A stretch of 64,000 nucleotides of DNA. It comes from Pirellulales bacterium (GTDB lineage Bacteria > Planctomycetota > Planctomycetia > Pirellulales > UBA1268). The DNA lies in the NCBI GenBank assembly GCA_044236455.1, contig JBIIGJ010000004.1:584-64583 (forward strand), written 5' to 3'. A model generated the notes under the pieces. That model did no database searches. It had not been told where the DNA came from and worked only from the letters and a program-made list of their open reading frames with translations. The translations under genes and the position numbers were made by a program. The first letter of the stretch is position 1. Each line of letters starts with the position of its first letter. Of the stretch, positions 19,056-28,400 are shown piece by piece.

Positions 19056-19328
19056 TCAGCGCTGTTGCTGGTATTCCTCGACCCGCTCGGCTTTGCGGAC
19101 GAGGTAGGGAACGTAGTCTTCGGTCGCCTGGACGAACCGGGCGAAGGTGCTGAGTTGCTGCTCGAACTCCTCGGTGAATTTCTGCTGCTCCTGATCGCGC
19201 CACGTGGCGCTGAGCGCCGCGAGCTGTCGCTGCACTCCCTGCATCTGCGCCATCACCTCGGTGCTAAAGAACCGCAGTCTCGACGCAAACCGACGCAGTT
19301 CCTGCGGATCGACGATGACCTGTCCCAT
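19056..19328 (-). CDS. WXG100-family (ESAT-6-like) protein (90 aa)
   Basis: MGQVIVDPQELRRFASRL...LSATWRDQEQQKF...KAERVEEY; the 'V.P.EL...A' start and central Trp are typical; SD-like GAGAGGG. Confidence 0.88.
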   Translation of the reverse strand: MGQVIVDPQELRRFASRLRFFSTEVMAQMQGVQRQLAALSATWRDQEQQKFTEEFEQQLSTFARFVQATEDYVPYLVRKAERVEEYQQQR

Positions 19329-19590
19329 GTGTCGGCCCTCTCTCGTGGTGCGGGCGGTCGCTGCCGCCGGTGGAGCGCGTGGCGGGATGGGCGGGGTGCC
19401 GCACCTGCGACCGCTCCCTCCATCGTATCGAATGGACGCGGAAAACGCACCGTCCGCCGCCGGTACGCCAACGTCGAAACCGCTGTGCATGCGGGCCGGT
19501 GCAGCGTACACTGCGTCCTTGATTCGCTGCCGTTTCACCGCGTCCTTCCACCGGTGAGGCAGCCCCTCGTTCCCGGAGAAGTGCCAACCG

Positions 19591-20481
19591 ATGCAGCCCC
19601 CAGCCCCCCACGCCTCTACAACCGGTGCCGGACGCCCCGCCGCCGCCCATCCCGGCCAAGAGGCCAGCAGCGAGGTGTCGACGTCGCCGGCGCAGGGCTG
19701 GCATGTCAGCCATCTCTTCTACCGGTTTGACCGGGCCCGTCTCGCGGCCCTCTCGCCGGAGGCACGTGCCGAGGGCATGAGGCTCTTCTGCGAGGCGCTC
19801 GATCCGACCGGCCCGCGGGCTCCGCTCCGGCTGCAGACTTGGCTCGTGCCGGGCCACAAGGCCGACTTCGGGGTGATGGCCATGGATCCGTCGCCGCTGA
19901 AGGTGGACGACGTGCATCAGCGGCTGCTGGCCGGACCGATCGGACAGGCGATCGAGCCGACCTATTCGTTCGTGGGCCTCACGGAGGTGAGCGAATACGT
20001 TCCGACGGTCGAGCAGTTCGGCGAGCGGCTCATCGTGGAGGGGGAGACCCGCGACAGTCCGACGTGGAAGGCGAAGGTGCAAGGCTACGCCGGCCGCGAA
20101 GACCACATGCGCAAGGCGAGGCTTGAGCCCGAACTCCCGCCGTGGCCCAATGCCTGCTTCTATCCGATGAACAAGAAACGAAAGGTGGGGGAGAACTGGT
20201 TCTCGCTGCCCTTCGCCGAACGCAGCCGCCTGATGGCCGAGCATGGCCGGACCGGGATGACGTTCGGCGGCCGCGTGACGCAGCTCATCACGGTGAGCGT
20301 GGGGCTCGACGACTGGGAGTGGGGCGTGACGCTCTGGGCCCGGAGGCCGGAGTTCCTGAAAGAGATCGTCTACACGATGCGGTTCGACGAGGCGAGCGCG
20401 CGGTATGCGGAGTTCGGCCCGTTCTACACCGGCTACGTGAGCACGCCCGCCGAGATCCTCGCCCACTGCCATGTTGCGTAG
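19591..20481 (+). CDS. hemQ: coproheme decarboxylase / chlorite-dismutase-family protein
   Basis: GHKADF, FYPMNKKR, NWFSLP..ER..LMAEHG, GLDDWEWGVTL, MRFDEASARY. Confidence 0.85.
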   Translation: MQPPAPHASTTGAGRPAAAHPGQEASSEVSTSPAQGWHVSHLFYRFDRARLAALSPEARAEGMRLFCEALDPTGPRAPLRLQTWLVPGHKADFGVMAMDPSPLKVDDVHQRLLAGPIGQAIEPTYSFVGLTEVSEYVPTVEQFGERLIVEGETRDSPTWKAKVQGYAGREDHMRKARLEPELPPWPNACFYPMNKKRKVGENWFSLPFAERSRLMAEHGRTGMTFGGRVTQLITVSVGLDDWEWGVTLWARRPEFLKEIVYTMRFDEASARYAEFGPFYTGYVSTPAEILAHCHVA

Positions 20482-20538
20482 CCACTGCCACGTTGCGTAG
20501 CCACTGCCACGTTGCGTAGCCACTGCCACGTTGCGTAG
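20463..20538 (+). repeat. tandem repeat, 4 x 19 bp (CCACTGCCAYGTTGCGTAG)
   Basis: Copies at 20463, 20482, 20501 and 20520; the first copy contains the hemQ stop codon. Confidence 0.95.
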
Positions 20539-20545
20539 CCGGCCG

Positions 20546-21244
20546 CTACTTTGCCGGCGGTGCTGCTTCGAGGATCATCTCGACGTCGGTCCCGCGTGGC
20601 GGCACGCGGCCCTCGAAGGCCTCGAAGAGCAGCGCCTCGTTCGATTGCGAACTTTCGATCGGCAGGTCGAGCATCGCCGTGGGAAAATTCGATAGGCAGA
20701 TCAGGTCGCCGCCGTCGGCCTGGTAATACTCTTTGCCGTCGGAGGGATCCTTCCAGAACACGCTGCCGGCGAACACCCATTGCTCACGCATCGCCTCGCC
20801 GCTGCGGGTGTCGCGGATCCATTGCTGGGCCGGCACCTCCTGCACGCGGCCAGCGTCGTCCTTCCACCGCATCGTGACGCGGATCACCGGCCCCGAGGCG
20901 GCCACATATTCCGGGTCGAACGATACGGGCTTGCCGGGCACGAGGCCGATGGCGAGCAGGCCGACGTGCACGAGCTGGGCCGTCGACCGCGTGGCCACGA
21001 TCGACTCGTGCTCCTTGGTGCGGTGCGGGCAGGCGAAAAACTCGATCGCTCCCTTGTCGATCGCGATCGTGCCCCCCACCACCACCCGTTTGCCCTTGGC
21101 GTCGATCCAGACATCTTCCTTGGGTGACAGCCGCTTGAGCTCGGGATGACGATCGGGGGCGGCCGGCTCCGCGGCAGGGTCGGCTGCCCAGGCCGAGGCC
21201 GCCAGCACGAGGGTCGCTATGGCCGACAGGAGCGGATGCTTCAC
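20546..21244 (-). CDS. YdjY-domain secreted protein
   Basis: Signal peptide (GTG 21244, ...ASAWA), EFFAC...KEHES, WVFAGS, GGDLICLSNF. Confidence 0.75.
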   Translation of the reverse strand: MKHPLLSAIATLVLAASAWAADPAAEPAAPDRHPELKRLSPKEDVWIDAKGKRVVVGGTIAIDKGAIEFFACPHRTKEHESIVATRSTAQLVHVGLLAIGLVPGKPVSFDPEYVAASGPVIRVTMRWKDDAGRVQEVPAQQWIRDTRSGEAMREQWVFAGSVFWKDPSDGKEYYQADGGDLICLSNFPTAMLDLPIESSQSNEALLFEAFEGRVPPRGTDVEMILEAAPPAK

Positions 21245-21422
21245 GGTGATGCCCGAACGTGAAAGGAAGGGGAGAGCCGGATGGGTCGCGAGCCGCGCGG
21301 GTGCGGGTGGCCTGGCCCAGCGGGGTCGTGGATGCCCGGCCTGCCGTCGGTTACGATACCGAACCTTCACGGCCGGTGCGAATCCGGGCCAGACGCGGAC
21401 GATTCCCCGGCACGGACAGACC

Positions 21423-23309
21423 ATGGTCACGACGAACACAACACAGATGCGGAACGGTAAACCAAAGAAGTCGGGCAAGCGGGGCAAGGCCGCCAGTGAC
21501 GCACGTTCGGAGGCCGTATCGGCGGAGTCTGGTTCACTCCCGCGCGACTCCGATGTTTCTGACTCCGACACCTCGTCCGCTGAAGAGACCGCAGCCCTTT
21601 CAGATGCCGGCCGGACGCCTGCGAAGGTTGGAGCCGGGCCGGCCGCCCGGCGGATTCGCGCGATCGCCGACGTGAGCGAGTCGCTGGATGTCCGCCGCCG
21701 CCTGCGACGGCTCGCCCGACAGATCGAGCGTGGTTCGCACGACGTGCAGCACATGACCTTCATCGAGGGGGCGCTCGGTGACTGCCTCGATGAGGCCGCT
21801 GCGGCAGCCGCTGATCGCGAACGCTGGCTGTCGTACGAGGCCGCCACCTGGGGGCTGGCCTGGATGGCGCGGACGCGGCGTGCCGGTGGTTCGGCGGGTG
21901 GCTTGCTCGAGCGGCTCGTAAAGGCCGCGCGGTCGGCGCAGCCACAGCTCGCCGCGGGCGACACGCTCTCTGCGCGGTTCACGCTGACGCTGTCTCGGCT
22001 GTTCTGCGACATCGAAGCCTGCCGCTGCCTCGACCACGATGCCGTGACGGCGCTGGCCGATGAAATTCGGCGGCTGGTGTCGGCCGAGGGAACGGTGAGC
22101 CTGCGGGGCTCGGCGAACGTCGTCGAGCGGGTCGTGCGGTGGTGCCTGGCGCGGGATGTGGCCCTGGCCACCGGCTCGCTGCCATGGGATCAAGCCACCG
22201 AGGAGAGCTTCGCGAAGGCAGTGGCCACGGCGGTCCGCCTGTTGGGCGGGCAGGGGCGGCTGCTCGTCGGCGCTGGCCGGCTGCCGGCGGCGTTTTCGGA
22301 TCCCGTGCTCGCCGTGGCGGCAGAGTCTGATCGGAAGCGGTTGCGCCATACGGCCGAGGCGGTGCAGTCGCCGGACCGGGCTGGCGGCCGGAAAAAAGAC
22401 GAAGAAAAACAGCAGAAGCTGCTGTCGCGAGACCTGCACGATGCGGCGGCGGCCGTGGCGATCATCCGCTCCGGTTGGGAGCGGAATGCGATCCGCGTGC
22501 TGCTCGAATACCGCGGTGCCGTGCCGCACCTGGAGATTGCCGTCGGCGATCGGCTGCTGGTGGATGGGCCATGGCAGTGCCGGGCGTCGAAGGGCGGCCG
22601 GCCGCTCGATGTCGAGGGGCCGTGGACCCTGTCCTGCTGGGAATCGGACCGCAAGGCGACCTACTTGGAGATCATCGCGCCGCTTTCCGGCGGCCTGCAG
22701 ATCGACCGGCAGATCGTGCTCCTCCCGCGGGATCGGATCGTGCTCCTGGCCGATACCATCACGCAGCGGCCTGCCGATGCGTCGGGCGACACACTCCCCG
22801 AGCCGCTGCGATCCCATGCCGCCGCAGGGGGCCTGCGGGTGGAATCGGTGGTGCCGCTGGCCGCCACGCTTGAGGGCGAACAGGCCGAGGAGACCCGCGA
22901 AGTGCTGGTCTACGACACCAAACCGCGCCTGCTGGCTGTTCCGCTGGCGCTGCCCGAGTGGAAGACCGCCGGCCGCGGCAGCTTCGCCGCAACCGCGGAT
23001 GGGCTTGTGCTCGATCATGAGACAGCCGGGGGCCGCTGCTACTCGCCGCTCTGGCTCGATCTCGAGCCCGCACGGCAGGGGCGGCCGCTCACCTGGCGGC
23101 AGTTGACGGTGGCCGACACCCGCCAGAATCTGCCGCCGCACCAGGCCACCGGCTTCCGGATCCAGGAGGGCCTCGAGCAGTGGCTCGTCTACCGCACGCT
23201 CGACGAGCCGCGGAACCGCACGGTGCTCGGATGCAACATCTCGTGCGGCTTCCTTGTCGGCCGCATTGGTCGGACGGGCGTCGTCGAGCGGTCGATCGAA
23301 ATTCATTGA
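21423..23309 (+). CDS. conserved hypothetical protein, heparinase II/III-like C-terminal region
   Basis: Helical N-half; IIRSGW, CWESD, RQIVLL, WRQLTV, NRTVLG in the C-half; start uncertain. Confidence 0.5.
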   Translation: MVTTNTTQMRNGKPKKSGKRGKAASDARSEAVSAESGSLPRDSDVSDSDTSSAEETAALSDAGRTPAKVGAGPAARRIRAIADVSESLDVRRRLRRLARQIERGSHDVQHMTFIEGALGDCLDEAAAAAADRERWLSYEAATWGLAWMARTRRAGGSAGGLLERLVKAARSAQPQLAAGDTLSARFTLTLSRLFCDIEACRCLDHDAVTALADEIRRLVSAEGTVSLRGSANVVERVVRWCLARDVALATGSLPWDQATEESFAKAVATAVRLLGGQGRLLVGAGRLPAAFSDPVLAVAAESDRKRLRHTAEAVQSPDRAGGRKKDEEKQQKLLSRDLHDAAAAVAIIRSGWERNAIRVLLEYRGAVPHLEIAVGDRLLVDGPWQCRASKGGRPLDVEGPWTLSCWESDRKATYLEIIAPLSGGLQIDRQIVLLPRDRIVLLADTITQRPADASGDTLPEPLRSHAAAGGLRVESVVPLAATLEGEQAEETREVLVYDTKPRLLAVPLALPEWKTAGRGSFAATADGLVLDHETAGGRCYSPLWLDLEPARQGRPLTWRQLTVADTRQNLPPHQATGFRIQEGLEQWLVYRTLDEPRNRTVLGCNISCGFLVGRIGRTGVVERSIEIH

Positions 23310-23330
23310 CGGTGACGGCTGGGGTGTGTT

Positions 23331-24059
23331 ATGGCCGCCACCGATCTCGCCGACCGCTGCCGACAGAACCTCGCTGCTGTCCGTGACCGCATCGCCACGG
23401 CCTGCCGAACGGCCGGCCGCGATCCCGGCGACGTGCGGCTCGTCGGTGTGACGAAATACGTGTCGGCCGAGCTGACCCGGATGCTCCTGGTGGCGGGCTG
23501 CCACGATCTGGCGGAGAGCCGCCCGCAGTCGCTCTGGGCCAAGGCCGCAGCACTCGCCGATCATGAACCTGCGCCGCGGTGGCATCTCATCGGCCACCTG
23601 CAGCGGAACAAGCTCCGTCGCACGCTGCCGCTCGTGTCACTGTTGCACTCGCTCGACAGCGTGCGTCTCCTCGAGGCGATTGAAGCCGAGGCGGCAGGCT
23701 TGGGGTTGGTCTGCGACGCCTTGATCGAGGTGAATCTCGCCGGCGATCCCGGCCGAACGGGCGTGATGGAAGCGGACGTGGCAGCGATGCTCGACGCCGC
23801 GTCCCGCGCTTCGCATGTGCACGTGCTCGGCTTGATGGGCATGGCGGCCGTGCCGGAGGGCGAGGATGGTGCCGCGACGGCGCGGCGGCAGTTCGCCCGG
23901 CTCCGCGAACTCCGCGACGATCTCGTGGCCCGCATACCCACCGCGAGCGGCCTGCGCGAGTTGTCGATGGGGATGAGCGGTGACTTCGAGGAGGCGATCC
24001 TGGAGGGATCGACGCTCGTACGCGTCGGCTCGGCCCTCTGGGAGGGGATCGCGGAGTGA
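23331..24059 (+). CDS. yggS: pyridoxal phosphate homeostasis protein YggS
   Basis: LVGVTKY, WHLIGHLQRNK, HSLDS, GLMGM, LSMGMSGDF, VRVGS. Confidence 0.93.
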   Translation: MAATDLADRCRQNLAAVRDRIATACRTAGRDPGDVRLVGVTKYVSAELTRMLLVAGCHDLAESRPQSLWAKAAALADHEPAPRWHLIGHLQRNKLRRTLPLVSLLHSLDSVRLLEAIEAEAAGLGLVCDALIEVNLAGDPGRTGVMEADVAAMLDAASRASHVHVLGLMGMAAVPEGEDGAATARRQFARLRELRDDLVARIPTASGLRELSMGMSGDFEEAILEGSTLVRVGSALWEGIAE

Positions 24060-24124
24060 CGCAGCCTGTCGCTCGCGCGGTAGACTGCTGCTCCGAACGT
24101 CATTCGCCAATCAGGAGCCCATTC

Positions 24125-25276
24125 ATGTCGTCGCAGACGCTGCAGCTGATCACGTCCCACCGCGGTGCGTCGTTTTTCGGTGTCGACAAGGTCGACGTCT
24201 CCATCGGCCCGCTCGCCGTCCGCTCGCGGCGGCTCGCCGGCGGCCGCCGTGATGGCGTGCTCCTTGTCGAACTCGTTGCGGGATCGACCAAGGTGTTCGT
24301 GCTTCCCGATCGCGGCCTCGGTATCTGGAAGATCATGGCGGGCGAGTTCGAGCTCGGCTGGCAGTCGCCAGTGCATGGGCCGGTCCATCCGCGGTTCGTG
24401 CCGCTCGCGGAGCCGTCGGGGCTTGGCTGGCTCGACGGCTTCGACGAACTGGTGGCCCGCTGTGGCCTCGTGAGCAACGGGGCGCCCGACTTCGACGAGA
24501 CCGGCCGCCTTCGGCATCCGCTTCATGGTCGGATCGCCAACCTGCCCGCGCATCATCTGGATGTCACGCTCGACGACGCTGCGGGCACGATCACGCTCAC
24601 CGGCGCCGTCGACGAGACGCGGTTCCATTTCCACGCCCTGCGGATGACGACGTCGCTCACGCTGCATGCCGATCGGCAGCGGGTGTCGTGGACCGACACG
24701 GTGAAAAACATCTCCGATAAGCCGACCACGATGCAGATGCTCTACCACGTCAACTTCGGGCCGCCGCTGTTGGGCCCCGGCGCAGAACTGGTGGCGGCGA
24801 TCGAAGAGCTGGCGCCGCGTGACCAGACGGCGGTGGGCGATGTGAGCAGTTGGAATCGGTTTGCCGCTCCGCGGGCCGGCCGCAGCGAGGAGTGTCACTT
24901 CATGCGGCACCGGCCCGACGAGAAGGGACTGGCCACCGCAATGCTCGTGGCTCCGGAAGGACGGCATGCCGCCTGCCTGTCGTGGCGGACCGACACGCTC
25001 CCTTGCTTCACGCTCTGGAAGAATCAGGCCGGCCTTGCCGACGGCTACGTCACCGGTCTTGAGCCCGGCACCAACTTTCCCAACCCGCGGTCGTACGAGG
25101 AGTCGCAGAACCGCGTGGTGCCGCTGGCGCCCAACGCGAGCGTGCGGTTCGACCTCGCGATCGAGCACCTCACTGGCTCTGCCGTCGAGGCGACGCGTTC
25201 CCGGCTGGCCGCGGTTTCTGCGGCCGCAACGCCGAACGTGCATCCGCAGCCGCGACCCGGCTGGAGCCGGGTGTGA
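24125..25276 (+). CDS. aldose 1-epimerase-family (DUF4432) protein
   Basis: LPDRGLGI, GWLDGFDE..ARCGL, LHGRIAN, LYHVNFG, GLEPGTNFPN. Confidence 0.85.
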   Translation: MSSQTLQLITSHRGASFFGVDKVDVSIGPLAVRSRRLAGGRRDGVLLVELVAGSTKVFVLPDRGLGIWKIMAGEFELGWQSPVHGPVHPRFVPLAEPSGLGWLDGFDELVARCGLVSNGAPDFDETGRLRHPLHGRIANLPAHHLDVTLDDAAGTITLTGAVDETRFHFHALRMTTSLTLHADRQRVSWTDTVKNISDKPTTMQMLYHVNFGPPLLGPGAELVAAIEELAPRDQTAVGDVSSWNRFAAPRAGRSEECHFMRHRPDEKGLATAMLVAPEGRHAACLSWRTDTLPCFTLWKNQAGLADGYVTGLEPGTNFPNPRSYEESQNRVVPLAPNASVRFDLAIEHLTGSAVEATRSRLAAVSAAATPNVHPQPRPGWSRV

Positions 25277-25314
25277 GGGGAGGCACTGGCCGACCTGCGG
25301 CGACGGCTACGAAC

Positions 25315-26925
25315 TTACGAACTGCACGAGAGCATCGAGCAACCGGCGCGGTGGCGGGCCCAGTCAGGCCGCTTGGCCGCGAAGGACTCGCGGCCGGGCT
25401 GCTCGGTGTAGGGACGTCGCAGTACCTCGAGCGTCTCCCGGACCAGTGAGAAATCCCCCGCTTCCGCCTTATCGATCGCCAGTTGCGCCAGATAGTTTCG
25501 CGGCACATAGAGCGGGTTGACGGCGTTCATGCGTGTCTGGCGGATGTCGTCGGGAGTGCCCTCCTCGCGGATGCGGGCCTGGTAGCGGCCGAGCCAGTCG
25601 CCGAGGGCGGCGCGATCGACCGTGCCGCCGGCCTCGGGCTCATAGAAGCCCGCCGCCACGGCTGTGAGCAGATCGACGGGATCGGACGCGGCACCAGCCT
25701 CGCGGCGAATCGTCGCCAGGCCGCGGAAGAACAGCGTCATGTCGATATCAGCCTCGGCCAGCAGCGGCCAGAGATCGGCGACGAGCGGATCGTCGGTGTT
25801 GTCCGAGCGCAGGCCAATGCCCAGCTTGTCGGCCATCATCCGCCGATAGCCTTCCTGGAAGTGGGCGGCGAAGGCGTCGAGTGCCGCCTCCAGTGGCTTG
25901 GTTTCGCCGACCACGGGCACCAAGGCGTTGGCAAGCTGCAGCAGATTCCAGTGGGCGATCTGGGGCTGGGCGATGAACCGGTAGCGGCGGCCCTGGGCGT
26001 CGGTCGTGTTCGGCGTCCAGTCGGGATCGACGTTCTCCAGCCAGCCGTAGGGACCGTAATCGATCGTCAGCCCAAGGATCGACATGTTGTCGGTGTTCAT
26101 CACGCCATGCACGAACCCCACCCGCATCCAGTGGACGATCATCGTGGCGGTGCGGCGGCAGACCTCGTCGAACATCGCCGCGACCGTTTCGGGCGTCGCG
26201 AGACCAGAAGCGGAGAGCAAATGCGGGAAGTCGGTCCGCAGTGTGAAGTCGACGAGCTGCCGCAACTGGTCGATCTCCTGCCGCGCCGTGAAGATCTGAA
26301 AATTGCCGAACCGGGTGAACGACGGTGCCACGCGACAGACGACTGCGCCCGGCTCCGGCCGGGGGTGGCCGTCGTAGAACATGTCGCGGACCACGCTCTC
26401 GCCGGTGGCCACGATGCTGAGGGCACGCGTGGTGGGCACGCCGAGATGGTGCATCGCCTCGCTGCAGAGAAATTCCCGGATCGACGACCGCAACACGGCC
26501 AGGCCGTCGGCGGTGCGGGAGTAGGGCGTGGGGCCGGCCCCCTTGAGTTGCAGCGTCCAGTGCTCGCCGCGGCCGTTGACGATCTCCCCCAGGTTGATGG
26601 CCCGGCCATCGCCCAGTTGGCCCGCCCAGTGGCCGAACTGATGGCCGCCGTAGCACATCGCGAACGGGTCCATCCCGGGCAGCAGCTGATTGCCACCGAA
26701 CACCTCGGCGAAAGTCTGCTCGTTGTCGGGCGTGATCTCGATATCGAGCAGGTCGGCTACCTCGCGGGCATGCGCCACGAGCCTGGGGGCGCCGACCGGC
26801 GTGGGGCTCACCCTCGACCAACAGGCCTGGCGCACTTGCCGGCGGCTGTTGTGCGTTTCGGGATCACCGGGAAGGTCCCTCGTGAAGCGGTTGGTGAACC
26901 GCAGCGATTCGAGGCTGGGCGTCAT
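25315..26925 (-). CDS. selO: SelO/YdiU protein adenylyltransferase
   Basis: [47 protein letters not shown]-terminal GCSMLSCSS. Confidence 0.93.
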   Translation of the reverse strand: MTPSLESLRFTNRFTRDLPGDPETHNSRRQVRQACWSRVSPTPVGAPRLVAHAREVADLLDIEITPDNEQTFAEVFGGNQLLPGMDPFAMCYGGHQFGHWAGQLGDGRAINLGEIVNGRGEHWTLQLKGAGPTPYSRTADGLAVLRSSIREFLCSEAMHHLGVPTTRALSIVATGESVVRDMFYDGHPRPEPGAVVCRVAPSFTRFGNFQIFTARQEIDQLRQLVDFTLRTDFPHLLSASGLATPETVAAMFDEVCRRTATMIVHWMRVGFVHGVMNTDNMSILGLTIDYGPYGWLENVDPDWTPNTTDAQGRRYRFIAQPQIAHWNLLQLANALVPVVGETKPLEAALDAFAAHFQEGYRRMMADKLGIGLRSDNTDDPLVADLWPLLAEADIDMTLFFRGLATIRREAGAASDPVDLLTAVAAGFYEPEAGGTVDRAALGDWLGRYQARIREEGTPDDIRQTRMNAVNPLYVPRNYLAQLAIDKAEAGDFSLVRETLEVLRRPYTEQPGRESFAAKRPDWARHRAGCSMLSCSS

Positions 26926-26967
26926 CGTGCTTCCGCGGCGAACTCGCCGCACGTGCTCCACGTGCGG

Positions 26968-27450
26968 CTAGTCGTCGAACCGGACCTCGCGGATCTCGAA
27001 TTTCATCGTGCCGGCGGGCACGTCGATCGAGACCTTCTCGCCGACCTTGCGGCCAAGGAGACCCTGGGCCAGCGGGCTGGCGACGTTGATCCGGCCAGCG
27101 TCGTAGTCCTCCTCGCCGGCACCCACGAGCACGAAAACCTCCTCGTCGCCGAACTTGAGGTCTTTCACGACCACGGTCGCCCCAAACACGACCTCGTCGC
27201 CGGCCTCCTTCGCCCGCTCCACGATCACTGCCCGCGCCAGCTTGTCGCGGAGGACGTTGATCTTCGCCTGCATCATCCCCTGGCTCTCGCGGGCCCCGTG
27301 GTATTCGGCGTTTTCACTGAGATCGCCCTCGCTGCGGGCGGCGGCCACACGCTGGGCGAGCTTGGGCATTTCGACGGTTTCGAGATGGTCCGCCTCGGCC
27401 TTGAGCTTGTCGTAGCCGGCACGGGTCATCGGAATGCGGTCGGATGACAT
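26968..27450 (-). CDS. greA: transcription elongation factor GreA
   Basis: GDLSENAEYH, SPLAQGLLG. Confidence 0.93.
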   Translation of the reverse strand: MSSDRIPMTRAGYDKLKAEADHLETVEMPKLAQRVAAARSEGDLSENAEYHGARESQGMMQAKINVLRDKLARAVIVERAKEAGDEVVFGATVVVKDLKFGDEEVFVLVGAGEEDYDAGRINVASPLAQGLLGRKVGEKVSIDVPAGTMKFEIREVRFDD

Positions 27451-27545
27451 GAGATGCTCCCTGGAAAGATATCGAGGCTTCGTGATGAATGAATGGTCGG
27501 GCCTGCCCACGTGGCCGCCCGCGAGAACCACATCGAAACGTCGGC

Positions 27546-28268
27546 TCAGCCCGACGCCATTCTCTCGGGCACGTAGACCAGCCGGCCGCAGCTGCGGCAC
27601 ATCACCACCTTGCCCATCAGCAGTTCGGAATACATGTTGCCCGTGATCTGGTGGAAACAGCCGCCGCAGCTCTCGCCATCGAGCGGTGCCAAGCCGTCCG
27701 CACCCTTCTGCTTGACGGCACGGTCGTAGAGGTCGCGAATATCGGCAGGGAGGTCGCGTTCGGTGGTCTCGAGTTCGCCGCGGAGCCGCTGCACTTCGCC
27801 GTCGAGTTGTGTCGCCTCGGCGGCGACACGGGCCTTCGTCTCGCCCAGCAGCTTGCGGGCTGCCTCCACGACGGTCTCCGCCGTGGGGAGCGTCTTCTTG
27901 ACGGTATCGACCCGCTCGAGCGCCTCGAGAATCTCGTCCTCGAGCACCTTCGTGGCCATTTTGTCGGCCGCGATCTGTTCGGTGAGCAGCTGATACTCAC
28001 GATTGGTCTTGCAGGCGTTGAGCTTGGCGTCGAGGTCCTTGATCTTCGCCTCGGCCGTCTTCAGCTGCAGCTGCTTCTGGTCGGCGGCGACCTTGGCCTT
28101 CTTCACGTCGTCCTGGGCGCCGGCCCGGCCTGCCTCGGCAGCGTCCACCTGCGCGGTGTGGGCGGCAATCTGCCGCGGGCCCGCGGCGATCCGGCCCCGA
28201 AGATCGGACAGCTGCGTGTGGATGCGGTGCAACGTCCGCATGATTTCGCTAACAACGGCAGTGGGCAT
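27546..28268 (-). CDS. coiled-coil protein with C4 zinc ribbon (CT398/HP0958-like)
   Basis: Long coiled coil with KTNREY, then CGGC...CRSCGRLVY; downstream of rpoD. Confidence 0.85.
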   Translation of the reverse strand: MPTAVVSEIMRTLHRIHTQLSDLRGRIAAGPRQIAAHTAQVDAAEAGRAGAQDDVKKAKVAADQKQLQLKTAEAKIKDLDAKLNACKTNREYQLLTEQIAADKMATKVLEDEILEALERVDTVKKTLPTAETVVEAARKLLGETKARVAAEATQLDGEVQRLRGELETTERDLPADIRDLYDRAVKQKGADGLAPLDGESCGGCFHQITGNMYSELLMGKVVMCRSCGRLVYVPERMASG

Positions 28269-28340
28269 GGAGTGGCTTTCGTTTCGGTCGGGGGAGAGTC
28301 CCCGCCCGAAAAGTTTACCAGATCGAAGGCTGAAAAACAC

Positions 28341-28368
28341 CGGGCCGGCTGCTCTCGCAGCCGGCCCG
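28341..28368 (-). terminator. intrinsic terminator after rpoD
   Basis: Minus strand CGGGCCGGCTGC-GAGA-GCAGCCGGCCCG followed by GTGTTTTTC. Confidence 0.75.
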
Positions 28369-28400
28369 TTATGGTGTCGCCCCGCCGGGACGGCAGCCGT

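Noticed and set aside
20463..20538. Possible CRISPR array
   Set aside because: The 19-bp units are directly adjacent with no spacers, and there are no cas genes
25315..25345. Selenocysteine in the SelO C-terminus
   Set aside because: The gene ends CSMLSCSS followed by TAA; there is no in-frame TGA
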